A DNA stretch of 64,000 bases from Eledone cirrhosa (GCA_964016885.1 OZ024741.1:87606001-87670000), one strand, 5' to 3'. Positions 1 to 12,667 are shown, numbered from the stretch's first letter. The notes: generated by a model from the letters alone, not told the origin. Numbers and translations are program-made.

Positions 1-176
1 TGGGATGGGTGTTCATCGAGTTCATAGTTGTAGGCTACAAAGTGCACTTAAGTATCCATTTATAATGATAAGCAGAATATTGTCTTGTAGTGTGGGGGTG
101 GGGGATATAGTTAAGAAGTTGTTATTGAGAGAAAGTAGTTAGCGAGAAAGTAATGTTAAAGCTATGGGTTCGAATG

Positions 177-1127
177 TTAAGTTATTTTATAGTGAGAGAA
201 TTTAGCCTTTAGTTTGTGGTTACAGTATAATGATCGTTCGATTCTGTCATTTAGTAATTTATTTTGGGATTTTAAGATGTAAAAGAGTTCAAGGTTACAT
301 AACCTGCAGTACTTCAATCCACTCCGATATGCACTAACGCTGGAAAGTATATCCCATTTCAAGGTGAACTGTTGGTTGCGTTCACGGAGTTGCCAGGTCT
401 TATTGACGAGCGTGGTCACAAAACGGTGATTAGGATGTTTAATTGAGAATCGATGACGATACCAGCGAGATTTAAAGGAGGTAGTGGTAGACCCGATGTA
501 ATACCATTTCTGGTCGTTCGATTCGACAGTGCATTGATAAACAATGTTGGACTTTAGGCATTTATTCTTCAATGGACATCTTTCAGGTAGGTGACAGTTA
601 CAGTTTTTATTGTGGGTAGCAGGTATACCGTGGATAGGTTGGGATAACAGTTCAGGTGGGTTGTGTAATACCCGTCTCCCATTTAGTGGTTGGGAGGCCG
701 ATACTACGTTATGCTCATCTGTTATTAAAATATTTTGTTTTGTAGTGTTGTTTAATTGCTTTAAGTTAAGTTTTTTTATGTATGCTTCAAGGTTTGGTGC
801 AGTGGAGTATGATAGCTTAATAGTCTTAGAGTTCAGAATTTTATTGTATTTATGGGAACTAGGGAAATGCTTGTTGATTAACTTAAAGAATGAAAGAGAT
901 AGTTTTGTACTAATCGAAGCATTAAAAATGGAATTATACCAGATATACTTTCTACAACGTGATTTATTTGGTGATGATTTTCTATTATTAGTATGTCTGG
1001 TGGTACTGCGTGTGTGCGCTTGTATTTCTGTACCCCGGTTACGTATTCTTTGATTTCGTGTAGAGCTATGTGTGTTATGGAGATTCTTATCAATGTATTC
1101 TATTTTATCCACTAATATACACACCAT
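177..1127 (-). pseudogene. Penelope-like element C-terminal fragment: linker plus GIY-YIG endonuclease (Hydra-clade-like), RT absent
   Basis: RKYIWYN...KHFPSSHKYNKILN..TIKLSYS linker, CNC-x5-C-x5-C motif, IVY...YIG, R...H, KW, CxxC, E, LLN and terminal CxH; no RT motifs upstream. Confidence 0.85.
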
Positions 1128-2076
1128 CCCCCCACATCACCACCTTCTCCCTCCACCTTTCACACATACACATCCTCTCCCCTGTCCACCGCACCTCCGC
1201 ACACACAGACACACAGTCCACAGACACACAGTCCACACCACATACAGACCCTTTCTTTACTTGTCATCCTACTCTACTACTATCTTTTCCCCCTGCCTTG
1301 ACCCTCTGACCACTTCCTGTTGTATGTGCACCCCACATCTCTCCACTTCTGCACTACCACACCAGGATTTCACACCATCGGTCATCGTTCCAGCTATCCA
1401 TTCTACGGCACGTGAAATGTCTAATCTTGTCTCACACTCCATGGAAATACCTTAGGAACATACACACGAACAAACACTTACATTATTTTCGTATCCCCAC
1501 ATACACACACTCAGCCTCCAGACTCCACGCGCCCCCCTCCCCTATCCCTCTCCATACACACGCACGCACACACCGACTTACATCCCACCCCATGTACACA
1601 CCGGTTTCTCTTTTACCTGAACATGGAACCTCGTTCTTCCCCCAACTCTCACATTCACATACACACACACATACGTACACTTACACCCATACACAAACAC
1701 CACCTTCAGCCCTCCCCCTCGGACCCCCCGCCTCCCTCTCCTCTCTGCAGCCCCCCTCCACCCACCACCACCCCTACACGCCTCACACCCTTTCACCTCT
1801 TGTTTATTTTTATTTTTATTTGTACTTTTAAAAATATTTCCTTTACTCTCTAAAAAAATTGTTTTCCCTCCCTTTTCTCCTCCCCCCTCCTTTTTAAATG
1901 TCTTTCCTCCACTCCCCCCACACACCCTCGGAACTCTCTTCCTACCCACTCACTGTTCTCCTGGTGAAGGGCTTATGCCCGAAACGTCGTCCCCCACCCC
2001 CCGCTCTCAAGCGTGAAATTAAAAACAATATCATTTCTACTGCCTCTGTTTATTGTTCTCTGTTCATTTATAACAC
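1116..2076 (+). mobile_element. Probable Penelope-like 3' UTR/pseudo-LTR, inverted relative to the adjacent endonuclease ORF
   Basis: C/A-rich tract, hammerhead-like motif, ATTAAA, ends in (TA)n at about 2077. Confidence 0.55.
1961..1988 (+). ncRNA. Minimal hammerhead ribozyme-like motif (one core mismatch)
   Basis: CTGGTGA-A-GGGC-TTAT-GCCC-GAAACGTC versus consensus CUGANGA-stemII-GAAA...NUH. Confidence 0.6.
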
Positions 2077-3377
2077 TATATATATATATATATATATTAC
2101 ACTATATATATATATATTGCACTATATATATATATATTGCACTATATATATATATATATTATTTATTTATTACAAGCACAGATTAAATATTTAAGCAAAT
2201 ATTTCCAGTATCTTGAAGATGGTGTATTTTGCATCGATATCATTGTATTATATATTCCTATGGAATCTATGAAGATAAAAAACCTAATTAGATATGAGGT
2301 TAATTGATGGAAGACCTCGCCATCTATAGTATGTGTATACATTTGTAATGCATTATGACTTATTTATTTAGTTTCTATTAAATATTGAAGATGTGAAACC
2401 TAAACGTCAATTTTCTGTTGTTTGGAGAGTATCTGAGCAACTTTGTTTAGTGTGTTTGACGTAGATGTTGATCTTTTTGTCGCGAAAAATTATTTTCTGT
2501 CCCTTTCTCGTTTGTGCGCTGTTGTATCCCCATTTTTACGTTCTCTTGCAGAATATATCCTGTTATTTCACAATACTACATCTGTAATATTTGTTCAGTA
2601 AGGAAGAAGGAACAAAACTTACTCTACCTATCTAATATATATTTGTGAAATGGGCGGTGGTTGAAATTCAGATGTGCACGGTTAAATGGTAGTAGACGTG
2701 GTCGGACTGACATGAAAATTTACACACCTATGTAAAAAGTGCCAAGGAAACAAATAGATGAGGTTTCAAATCTCTAACTTGGAAAATCTGGTCCCTGGGG
2801 CCCCAAAACTATCGCGTTCGGTGAGTTATTTCCCCCTGTTCTAATACTTTTGTCTTATTTACAATTTCATACAAATAAAGCAGTAAATAAAGGATTATGA
2901 GTTCATGCAGTTGACTTATCTTTCGTCACTATATATATATATAATATGAAAACGCTATAATAAAAAAAAATATCAACTGTAATATATGTATGCATGTATT
3001 TATGTGTTTATATGAGCGGGGATATGCAAGTAAATCTTACTTTGTGGACAGCTTATCCTTAGCATAATATCCATGCTAGAACAGCATATATTTGAAAGTT
3101 TTCAGGGAGTTGAATTACTGATTTTGGATCGGCAGCTTTAGCTTTGAAAAAATGAAATGTGCAGTGTAAACATTTTTTATTATTCCTCCGGGGATGAATC
3201 TTCTCTGCATTTTTCCATCTCTTTCTTTCTCTCTGGAAGAAATCAGCCGTAGTAAGACCTAAAAAAATGGTTAGATACACCATGACGCACCGTGCATCAC
3301 GGTGGAGTTGAAAAGCAGACTCAGAACATGGTGTTGTGTGGGGGTGGCTCGCAGCCCAATGTTTCAGGGGGAGCAAA

Positions 3378-3489
3378 AGAAGAAGAAGAAGAAGAAGAAG
3401 AAGAAGAAGAAGAAGAAGAAGAAGAAGAAGAAGAAGAAGAAGAAGAAGAAGAAGAAGAAGAAGAAGAAGAAGAAGAAGAAGAAGAAGAA
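3378..3489. repeat. (GAA)n microsatellite
   Basis: Pure GAA run of about 110 bp. Confidence 0.98.
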
Positions 3490-3570
3490 TCCTATCAAAT
3501 ATGAAGGTTTAGTAGAAACAATTCATGTATAGTTTTGTACTTTTCTTTTTGTCATTCATATATAAACAAA

Positions 3571-4586
3571 TCTACTATATAAATTGGAAGTGGTCGGACG
3601 TTGTATATGCAGGTGTAGTCGGAATGCAGCGAAAATTTACACAGGTATGCAGAATGACCCGAGGTCAAGCTACAATCTTCCATGGTTACGGAGAAAATCG
3701 ATGAAACAGGAATTTCCCATTCAAATTGAACTGAGAGTAATCTGTGAACGCAGAAGTAATTATTTCGAGAAACGTTGCAACCGAACGAAAACAGGAAGAC
3801 GATATTTTGGTTCGTGAAGACGTTCCCTGGCAATGAACGGGAAAAAGTGAGGATAATACGTCGTTATGTGGAGAGTGAAGAACAATTTCATGCAAAGACA
3901 AGACCAAGTTTATGGTATAAATGGAGTCGTTAGACTAATATTCTATTTAAAATAACAGAATGATTTCCAGCCCCGGAGTTTAAGAATGATGTAAATAAAA
4001 TTGAAAACGAAAATGACAGAGGTTATTAAAATAGTAAAAGTAAATAGTGAAGATTTAGGCCAGTACATACGTATGCCCCGACGGACATACACATACATAC
4101 GCACACACAAATACATACACACCCACACACACACACACGCACACACACGAATGCACGCGCGTATGTGTAAACCTTATGCATTTCTACAGTATTTTCCCCA
4201 AACTTAAGACATAGGTTACTTATGTACTCCGGATGGTCATGGGCACTGTCATTTTTCCAGATATTGATTATCCCTTTAACCACTTTAACCACTTCCTTGG
4301 AGTCGACTGAAGCACTGCAGTGCAATGCAACAAAACATCATAACTTCTGGAGTTCGCAACCGATTTTCACAAAACTTGACACATGGGCTACGTTTGTCCT
4401 ACAGATGAATGTGAACTCTCAGAGTTGGCACATATTGGGTAGGGGACCCCTGGGGCAGGAACCCCCTTTTTGAAAAAGCCGATGATTTTGTAAAAGTATA
4501 GTTTTCGAAGCAGCACTGAAGTATTGACATAAATGGTATACACAATTGCTATTTAATATCCGAGCAACGCAGGGTACCTCTGCTAG
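3571..4586 (+). mobile_element. Non-autonomous Helitron (possibly composite)
   Basis: A|TCTACTATATAA at the 5' end; imperfect subterminal hairpin CCGAGCAACGCAGG then CTAG|T at the 3' end; hairpin resembles those at 52336 and 63162. Confidence 0.6.
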
Positions 4587-4737
4587 TATTTATATATAAC
4601 GTTATTGGACGTATTTTAGCTCATATCATTATCGCTTGATACATTGTTGTAAATAGATAAATAGATAGGTAGATAAAGGAATAAATAAATATGAAACAGT
4701 ATTTCACCATGAATAGATATGTGTATGAATGTAATAT

Positions 4738-5196
4738 ATGTATGTATGTATGTACGTACGTATGTATGTATGTATGTATGTATGTATGTATGTATGTATG
4801 TATGTATGTATGTATGTATGTATGTATGTATGTATGTATGTCTATGTGTGTATGTATGTATATATGCATGTATGTATGTATTTATGTGTATATGTATTTA
4901 TGTATGTATTTATTTATGCATGTATGTATGTATTTATGTATGTATGTATTTATTTATGCATGTATGTATATATCTATGTATGTATGTATTTATGTATGTA
5001 TGTATGTATGTATGTATATATGTATGTGTGTACACTCGTTCAGCGCATCGGTAGGGCTTCTCCTACATGGATATAAAGTAGTGGCCGTACTCGAAAACGA
5101 GTTGGCAGCCACCATGTATGTATGTATGTATTTATGTATGTATATATGTACGTATTTATGTATATATATATATATGTATTTATTTATGTATGTATG
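4738..5196. repeat. Degenerate (TATG)n array interrupted by an RTE-type 3' end
   Basis: Direct reading. Confidence 0.95.
5033..5114 (+). mobile_element. 3' terminal fragment of the RTE-derived short element
   Basis: Reverse complement of 7116-7198; followed by a (TGTA)n tail. Confidence 0.85.
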
Positions 5197-5240
5197 TTCT
5201 TCTGGTTTTATAATTTCACAAATTTTTAAAACCAAAAGAA
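5197..5240. mobile_element. R4-like family B 3' termini in both orientations (small fold-back)
   Basis: TTCTTCTGGTTTTATAATTTCACAAA is the reverse complement of the end at 23134-23159; followed by TAAAACCAAAAGAA-CATACATAC. Confidence 0.75.
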
Positions 5241-5672
5241 CATACATACATAAATATATATGTAATTATGCATGTATTTATGAATATCTGTATGTATGTA
5301 GTGTACACATTCAATTTGAATACATTCAATATAAATGTAAAGTATATAATTGTGTTTCTTTTGCAGTAGCAATTACAGAAACATTAAAAAAATTCAACTG
5401 AAAGAATGAAATACTTAAATTTCAGAAAGTTAAACAATATTTTCAATAAATCTAAAGATAAGACTTTGTTTACCTATAACTTTATTATTACTTCATATTT
5501 ATAATTAAATTTTACCTAGATACATTTTAAAAATGTAGATTACAAGAATATTGATGGAATTTAAAAGAAAGTGCTTAAATTCTTGTATTTCTTTCGCAAT
5601 TCATAACTATAGAAATAACAACAGGTTACTGTTAGACGGGTGGGTATGATTTAATGGAGATTTTGCTGCTAA

Positions 5673-5719
5673 TTTTAGCAATGTAGCTACCATGCCGGGG
5701 TCTTCCTCGTTTGCTCATT

Positions 5720-5755
<36 letters not shown>

Positions 5756-5874
5756 CACACACAAACACACACATACACACACACATACACACACACACAC
5801 ACACATACACACACCTACACACACCACACACGTATATATATATATATTTATACATGTGTGTGTGAGAGAGAGAT

Positions 5875-5937
<63 letters not shown>

Positions 5938-5989
5938 GAGAGAGAGAGCAAACGAGGAAGACCCCTGCACGGTAGTTGCACTGCTAAAA
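5673..5989. repeat. 44-bp inverted repeats enclosing (CA)n/(TA)n/(GA)n
   Basis: 5673-5716 pairs with 5946-5989 with a few mismatches. Confidence 0.85.
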
Positions 5990-6977
5990 CACACACACAC
6001 GCACACATATATGTGTGTGTGTGTGTGTAAAATAAGTAGAATCGAAGTCAATGTTGCAGAGTATGTAGAAACGTTATTGGCATATTACAATTGTTTCAAT
6101 ATCGATCAGCTCAGAGTACGAGTTTATATATGCCAAGACGCATACACTTATTAATGTTTTTTTGTTAGGGGAGAGGGAGTAGGCAAACGAATAAATATAG
6201 ATTTACATTTAAAGACCAGAGAAAGGGCAAAAGATAAAAAATAAAGGATAAAAGATTAACAAGAATAATCCATATTATAATAAGTGCGCTGTCTTCCTCT
6301 CTGTCAGTCCGTCCCTCCATCACGCTCACTTTTATGGAGCCTCAAGCGAGAGATATGTACATAGATAGAGAGAAAAGGAAACGCCGTGTGTTTTCGAGGT
6401 GACAGAAAGAGATAGATAAACAGAAAGTTACGCCGTCACCCTCGTCTATATAGAGAGAGGGGAGCGCCAAGCGAAAGAGATGTACATAGATAGAGAGAGC
6501 AAAGGAACGCCATTTGTTTAGAGAGAGAGTGTGTGAGTTACACAAAGATGGAAAAGACGATGTCGCAATCAAAGAATTTTTTTTTTTTTCCATGTGAAAA
6601 AATTATTTTCTCTATTTTGATCTGTGAACATGTCACAGATATCTCAGTAGCTTTTGAAAATGCCAGACAGTGCTGTTTCAAGATTCTTTAATTTCTCATC
6701 AGTGACATTCATTCAACTAGTACTGAGGTGAAAATCAACTAGAACCCTTATAGATTTTGCCTGATAAACATTTGCTGGCGATGATGCTCATTACATATAG
6801 TGCAAACTTGCCTGGTTATAAATAATTGGTAGTAGCACTAAAACAACGTTGTTCTATATATATATATATATTTAGTGCGCAGGTGAAATTCCAGAATAAC
6901 AAGATGCACTACTTAACCATAACAAATTGATATTTAAACTCTACTTCGGTAATGAGTACTCTTTTCTATTGTCCATC

Positions 6978-7085
6978 GTCTACATGCAGATATATTGTCT
7001 AAATTCCAATGCAAAAGTATTATGTCTCTGTTAGAAACCGGCTTTCTCTCTCCCCCTCTGTTAATGAGAAATTAAAAAAAAAGAA
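6978..7085 (+). mobile_element. Decayed R4-like family B 3' end
   Basis: TAAATTCCAATG...TGTTAGAAACCG..CTCTCTC similar to 23071-23159. Confidence 0.65.
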
Positions 7086-7115
7086 TATACATACATGCAT
7101 CAATCCATACATACA

Positions 7116-7669
7116 TGGTGGCTGCCAACTCGTTTTCGAGTACGGCCACTACTTTATATCCATGTAGGAGAACCCCTACCGATGCGCTGAACGAGTGTGA
7201 CTTTTTAGTCCAGCCAGCGACTTGAAAACTCTGGTAGAAACACTACACTTGTGACAATTATTGACACATAGTGCTGGGCCCATGGTACCATGTGACGACA
7301 AGTGCAGAGAGATCTCCAGATATAAAGCAATGCCTGTGCCGTGAAGCTTTTATAGTGAGCAAAGGCACTGCACAAAGCCAGTCCAACTCTCTTAACCAAG
7401 ATGATATTTACCAAAAAGAAGAACAAGTCAACATCATTGGATACCATCAGGGTTGCAGGTGTTATATCAGAGTTTTCCTTCTCCTAGAATTCTGCCTTGA
7501 CAAAGGCTAAGGGGTCATCTCTCCCGGTGATTTTGGATGGCCATTGACTCTTAAGAGCTCCTTTGCCCTTTGACAGGTTTTGTTTTTAGTCCTGCAGGAT
7601 GTCCAAAGTCACCCTCCTCACCAAGAAACCTTGGTGGGGTTGCCAGTTTAGTCGCCAACGACCCGACCA
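7116..7669 (-). mobile_element. RTE-derived bipartite non-autonomous retroelement
   Basis: Minus strand: RTE-type 5' UTR motifs (GGCGACTAAACTGGCAACCCC, CTAGGAGAAGGAAAACTCTGA) joined to a C-terminal zinc-finger remnant (FKSLAGLKSHTRSAHR*) and (TGTA)n tail; near-identical to 23569-24110. Confidence 0.75.
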
Positions 7670-7754
7670 TACATACATACATACATACATACATACATAC
7701 ATACATACATACATACATACATACATACATACATACATACATACATACATACAT

Positions 7755-9425
7755 CACCGACAGTAATGCCACAACTACCAGCCGTGCTGAATAACTGGAT
7801 ATTCCTCTAACTATTACTACTGAAGACACCTTCGTAGAGATATCCGACTAAATACATAATTCATAGTACAAAGATGTGCTACAAACATCATAACCGGACA
7901 CAACAACTTACCGAGCACAAGTAACGGGAACAATTTACCAAGAAAAGATAAACAAAATTAATTTAGTTGTAGCTACAGAAGGAACAGAAATTATAAATCG
8001 CATTTCTCTTGGAGTTACGAACTTAATGATGATTTATTTAATTGTTATAAAATGGCAAAAAAATCCCTCTGTTGGCTATATGAACAGAATGAAGCTACAC
8101 TGGGACGAGATACATCCAGAGCTAAATCACTTCACAGCCAAACAATTAAGCCAAAAAGCGACCTTTGTTGAACGTAAAAATAACATAAATATTATTAATT
8201 ATAAGTCTCCCAGAACAAACATGAAATCAACAGCACGTGCTACAGGTCGCCATGCTACTAGACTTTCTAGCAGCCAGGATGAACAGTTTCTTGAAACAAC
8301 TATGCCGATAATAAATTTGATACCACGTGTACCATCTGAGTCTGCCTCAACTGCTATGGAAAACACTATCGATAATAATAATCAAAAGTACAAACAATTG
8401 AAATTATTCCTCAACGAAATCTTGCAGAGAGAAATTAATTCATGTATAAACATTTCTCTTGCTGAACGTAATAAAACAACAATATTAAACAAAATAAAAC
8501 CAAATAATGAAATCTTACGTGCTATTGACGAAATAGAGGATGGATATTTACGACGAGTTAAGACCCCCACACGTTGTCAAATTAACGCCTGTTTATATGC
8601 CCTAGCAACGACAGTGAAGCATTATCTTGATGATAGAAGAGATTAACAAGAACAAAACACCACCAGCAATACCGCAGCAAATCCGTGGATGAAAAACTGC
8701 ATGCTTATCAGAAAAACATCATGCATGGATACGTTGCCAGTAAGCCACAGAGTGAGAGTAATAAAGCAAAGTAGTCTATCTTGGACTAAAAACCGGTATA
8801 TTGGCTCCCACTTTGGAGGATATGCTTTTGCAATCCAAGAACAGGAATTCAACACAAAATACCTGATTCAGAAAAGAGATAGGAATGCAGGCAAAACACT
8901 TAGATGTGACAAATAGTGCAGACTCTGCAGAATTAACATCGAAAATGTCACTCATGCCATAAGCAGCTGTCTAAATATGTCATCACGGTACTATCTACCT
9001 ATGAGGCATGATGAAGTGGCCAAACACTATACAATGCAATCCGTAGAAAAGATAGCCCCGACAATAAACCCATTACAGCAATATGGAAGACATAAATCTT
9101 GAGAAGCTGAGCTTCACAGAAACAGAAAGAACACGACTAGTTAGGAAATTACAAGTACAATCCATTAATGGAACAGTAAAAAATATGTAAAACATTCCAA
9201 AAATTCTGCATCTAATAACTGCATGTACACATGTACAGATACAAAGCATATGCACATGCACACATATAACTCAAAACATCCACATTCACACATGCAATAA
9301 CATCCATACCTACACATGCATGCATGCAAACATCATACATATATACCAAGTTGATGTCTAAATTCCACTGAAATAGTCTTGTGTCTATGTTAGAAACCGA
9401 CTCTCTATTGGTAAACATTTATAAA
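7755..9425 (+). mobile_element. Internally deleted R4-like family B copy
   Basis: Matches the 5' part of the 19188 element, jumps near 8670 to the CCHC region and again near 9095 to the 3' end; RT missing. Confidence 0.85.
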
Positions 9426-9427
9426 AT

Positions 9428-9570
9428 AATTGTTTCTACTTTTGGCACAAGGCCAGCAATTATCCCAGTGCATTACTGGTGCTTTATTTTATCGACTCCA
9501 TAAGGATGAAAGGCAAAGTTAACCTAGCGGGATTTGAACGCAGTACGTAAAGGGCCATAACTCTATGCTT
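9428..9570 (-). mobile_element. tRNA-type SINE, 5' truncated
   Basis: Reverse-complement homology to 27879-28067. Confidence 0.85.
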
Positions 9571-9866
9571 AAAGATTTCTTTCACTCAAATATATTTTGG
9601 GATTTAAGTGATCATTTTATTCTATTGTTTAATCTCATTAGTATCATTATGTGTTTAGTCCGATAGTCATCTGAGGAATGCATTTATCTATTGTGCTGTA
9701 GTTTATATCAAAAGCAATTAGATGCCAGTACGTTGAATGGGATGCATTTATGTAGTTTTTGTTCGCTATTTTAGCGGAAAATAGTGTTAGTTATAATGAA
9801 TTCAAACTTCAAACAAGGTTCCCGAAGTATTCATCGAGCTGCTTTGCATTCAACTACTAATCTCTT

Positions 9867-10100
9867 GAGGCGACGAATTGGCAGAGTCGTTAGAACGTTG
9901 GATAGAATGCTGTATGGTATTCGTTCCGGCTCTCAGATATCTGAGTTCAAATCCCGCAGATGTCAACTTTGCGTTTCATCCTTTCGAGGTCGATAAAAAA
10001 AAGTACCAGTCAAGTACTGGGGTGGATTCTTCCTCTATATCTCTTTCTCATTTCCTCTCTCTCACTTTCTATCTTTCTCTGGAAGAAATCTGTTGTACTC
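9867..10100 (+). mobile_element. tRNA-type SINE (related subfamily)
   Basis: A-box-like TGGCAGAGTCGTT, B-box GAGTTCAAATCC, shared body TTTCATCCTTTCGAGGTCGATAAAA..AGTACCAG. Confidence 0.8.
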
Positions 10101-10893
10101 AGGCCTGGAGACGGATGGGATCCGCCAACCTTAAAAATGCCGAAGAAACGCCGTATGTCAATACGGCACCTCTACGACAATATCAGGTGTTACGGGACCA
10201 TACACATACATACCAATCTCTACCAGTGTTATTTGGCCATTATCTGTGGTTCTTACCAACACGAATATTAAAGTTCTCAGGTTGAAGAATCCGTTTTGCC
10301 ATGTGGGAGCCAGGAACATTAGTCCTAAGTAAACTTGCTCATGCGTGAATGTAGCTGTTACTTCAATCAATAAGTAACCATCTTACATCCAGTGCCAACG
10401 AGCAAGTGCTAGACTAATGGTATCTAAAATACAGTAACCGCTGCCGCCATCACTTACACAGTATCGCTGTTGAACTTGTCAAATTGAAAAAAGGAACAAG
10501 AAAAGAAAACAAACGAAAGGATACATAGAAGAAAATAAAATTAAAATTGTTTTTGGTTGGTGGTCTATTGCGATGACCAGACACACCATCTTCGCTTCCA
10601 GCATCTTGGTTTCAACGCACAAAAGTATAACAACAGTGAGAGATACGTTCTCGTGATATTGACTTCTGGGTACCCAGTCTGTTGAGATTTACCTGTCAAA
10701 GTACTTGTCTACCAATCACTGGTTTCATTCGCCAGGGTTACGAAAACTACTGTCGAAGATCTCCCCCCAAAAAACATCTACTCACGTCTGCGTATGAGAC
10801 CCTCATCGAGCAGGTTTTGACGAGGCGATTTCCGTAGTCAAGATGAGGATAGAGTTTTTACTACAACATAACTTTCTCCTGGGCCAGGAAGAT

Positions 10894-11109
10894 CGGTGAA
10901 GAGAAGAATATTACGTATGTCACATCAACTGCTGAAAAAAACCATTCCTCCAGAACCATTGAGATTGCATTGTATATTATAGTTCTAGTTAGACTATATT
11001 CGTATAATATAGTCTAACTAGAACTATAATATACAATACAATCTCAAGGACTCTGGAGAAATGGTTCTTTTCAGCAGTTGATGTGACATACGTAATGTGC
11101 TCTTCACTG
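10894..11109. repeat. Long palindrome, arms of about 105 bp, 5-nt loop
   Basis: Centre ...GTTAGACTATATT-CGTAT-AATATAGTCTAAC...; outer ATTACGTATGTCACATCAACTGCTGAAAA pairs with TTTTCAGCAGTTGATGTGACATACGTAAT. Confidence 0.95.
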
Positions 11110-11714
11110 AATAGTTGGAACGTCTTTGATCAGAGATGACTTGAGGCTTTAATTAAATAACGTAACAACTTAATCATTTTTCAATTTATTAAGACATTTT
11201 TTTATGTACGGTATTTAATATATATATATATATCCACAGACACTTCATTTATCCCAATTCATGCCATGGGCTTAATTGAGTTATTTACCTTTAGTTTTAT
11301 TACAAGTATCATTCAGTGCATCAGTAAATCATATACATCAAAAGGTTATATACATCAAATAAAAATCCTTATTTAGACACGAAATGTTTAGACAAGTGTC
11401 ATAAAGTGATATTAATTATCAGTGAATCCCAGATCACAGCAAGATTTAGTTGTTCTAACAGATTTGTTTCAGTTGGTTACACTTGAGAAAAGACAGAAAT
11501 CTCTTAAATTCCACAGTGCTTTCGTCTACTTATATATGTAGAACCACGAATGGCCTTAGTGCTAGAAAACCAGATGTGGGAGCTGGTTAGTGGTTCATAT
11601 TTTGTCACGAACACTGTATTGTACCCATGGTCGAAACCTTTCGGGGTCGATAAATAAAATACTAACCTATGGCAGTACATTGACAGAGTCATTAGAGTGT
11701 CGGACGAAACACCT

Positions 11715-11945
11715 GAGCACAGCCGATTTCTTCCAGAGAAGACGACAGAGTGATAGAGAAGAAGTAAGAAAGAGGTATAGGGGAATCGATCGAAGTACAG
11801 GACAGGTACTTTATCGATCGATCTCGAAATGATGAAATGCAAAGTCAACTTCGTGAGAATTTGAACTCAGAGCGAAGAGAGCCGGAACGATTACCGCAAA
11901 GTATTCTATCCGACGTTCTAACGGCTCTGACAATTCACCGTCCTG
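11715..11945 (-). mobile_element. tRNA-type SINE
   Basis: Reverse complement of B-box (ATTTGAACTCAG) and head; homologous to the 9867 copy. Confidence 0.75.
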
Positions 11946-12667
11946 CCCAATTATATACATAATAACCAAATACTAAATATCATTGAGCATGAATAAAATA
12001 ACGGATTTGTTAGAGAACGAAAAATGCAGTTTAGCTTCACGCACAACAAGATTTTAGCGGCTGAAAATCAGTTCAGATCAAATATATCAACTTCTAATCT
12101 AACGAAATCATTTTGAAGGATACCTCAAATTACTATAATAAAGCCTTAAATCGATGTCGTTTTTCCCATCAAAGTACAAAACACCATCACCAACTCACAA
12201 CTATACACCCGTTGAAATAGCGATATTGTATAATTAGGTGCTATATCTAGTCAACAAATTTATATTTTGATAAAACATTTTTAAAAATCTCCAACGAAAT
12301 ATTTCCCTAATCACAAACACCATAAGTTTTCATAAGAAGAAATTGAACATGTTACCTTGAACATTTCTTTCTCTGTGGCACAAAACTTGAAGCTGAATTC
12401 TTCAATCAATCCAAATTAAACTCTCTTTCTTCCAGTAACAACATTCTAACTTACAATTATATTCACCGAAAGTGTTAACTTAAATAACTGGTATTATTGG
12501 GTGATTAAAATCCAACACAACCTCTAAATTGTTTATCAATTTAACAGTTAATTCATTTCAATTAAGATTTGGTTAGCTTGCTAATCAGCTTGCTAATAAG
12601 CTTGCTAATCAGCTTTCGCCATTATAATAGAAGCTCTAACATTTATCTTTCTTTGAAATATATATAT

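Noticed and set aside
2631-2830. Helitron-like 5' starts here and at 6269
   Set aside because: No matching hairpin/CTAG 3' end found; too weak to delimit.
3036-3143. Possible minus-strand coding exon with GTAAG donor
   Set aside because: Stops in all frames from the best acceptor; no linked exons identified.
3292-3532. Poly-Glu and poly-Lys ORFs
   Set aside because: (GAA)n artefact.
4621-5401. MYVC/HTYI-type ORFs here and at other (CATA)n tracts
   Set aside because: Microsatellite translations.
10545-10890. Additional decayed RTE-like element
   Set aside because: Only faint motif resemblance; not supportable by eye.
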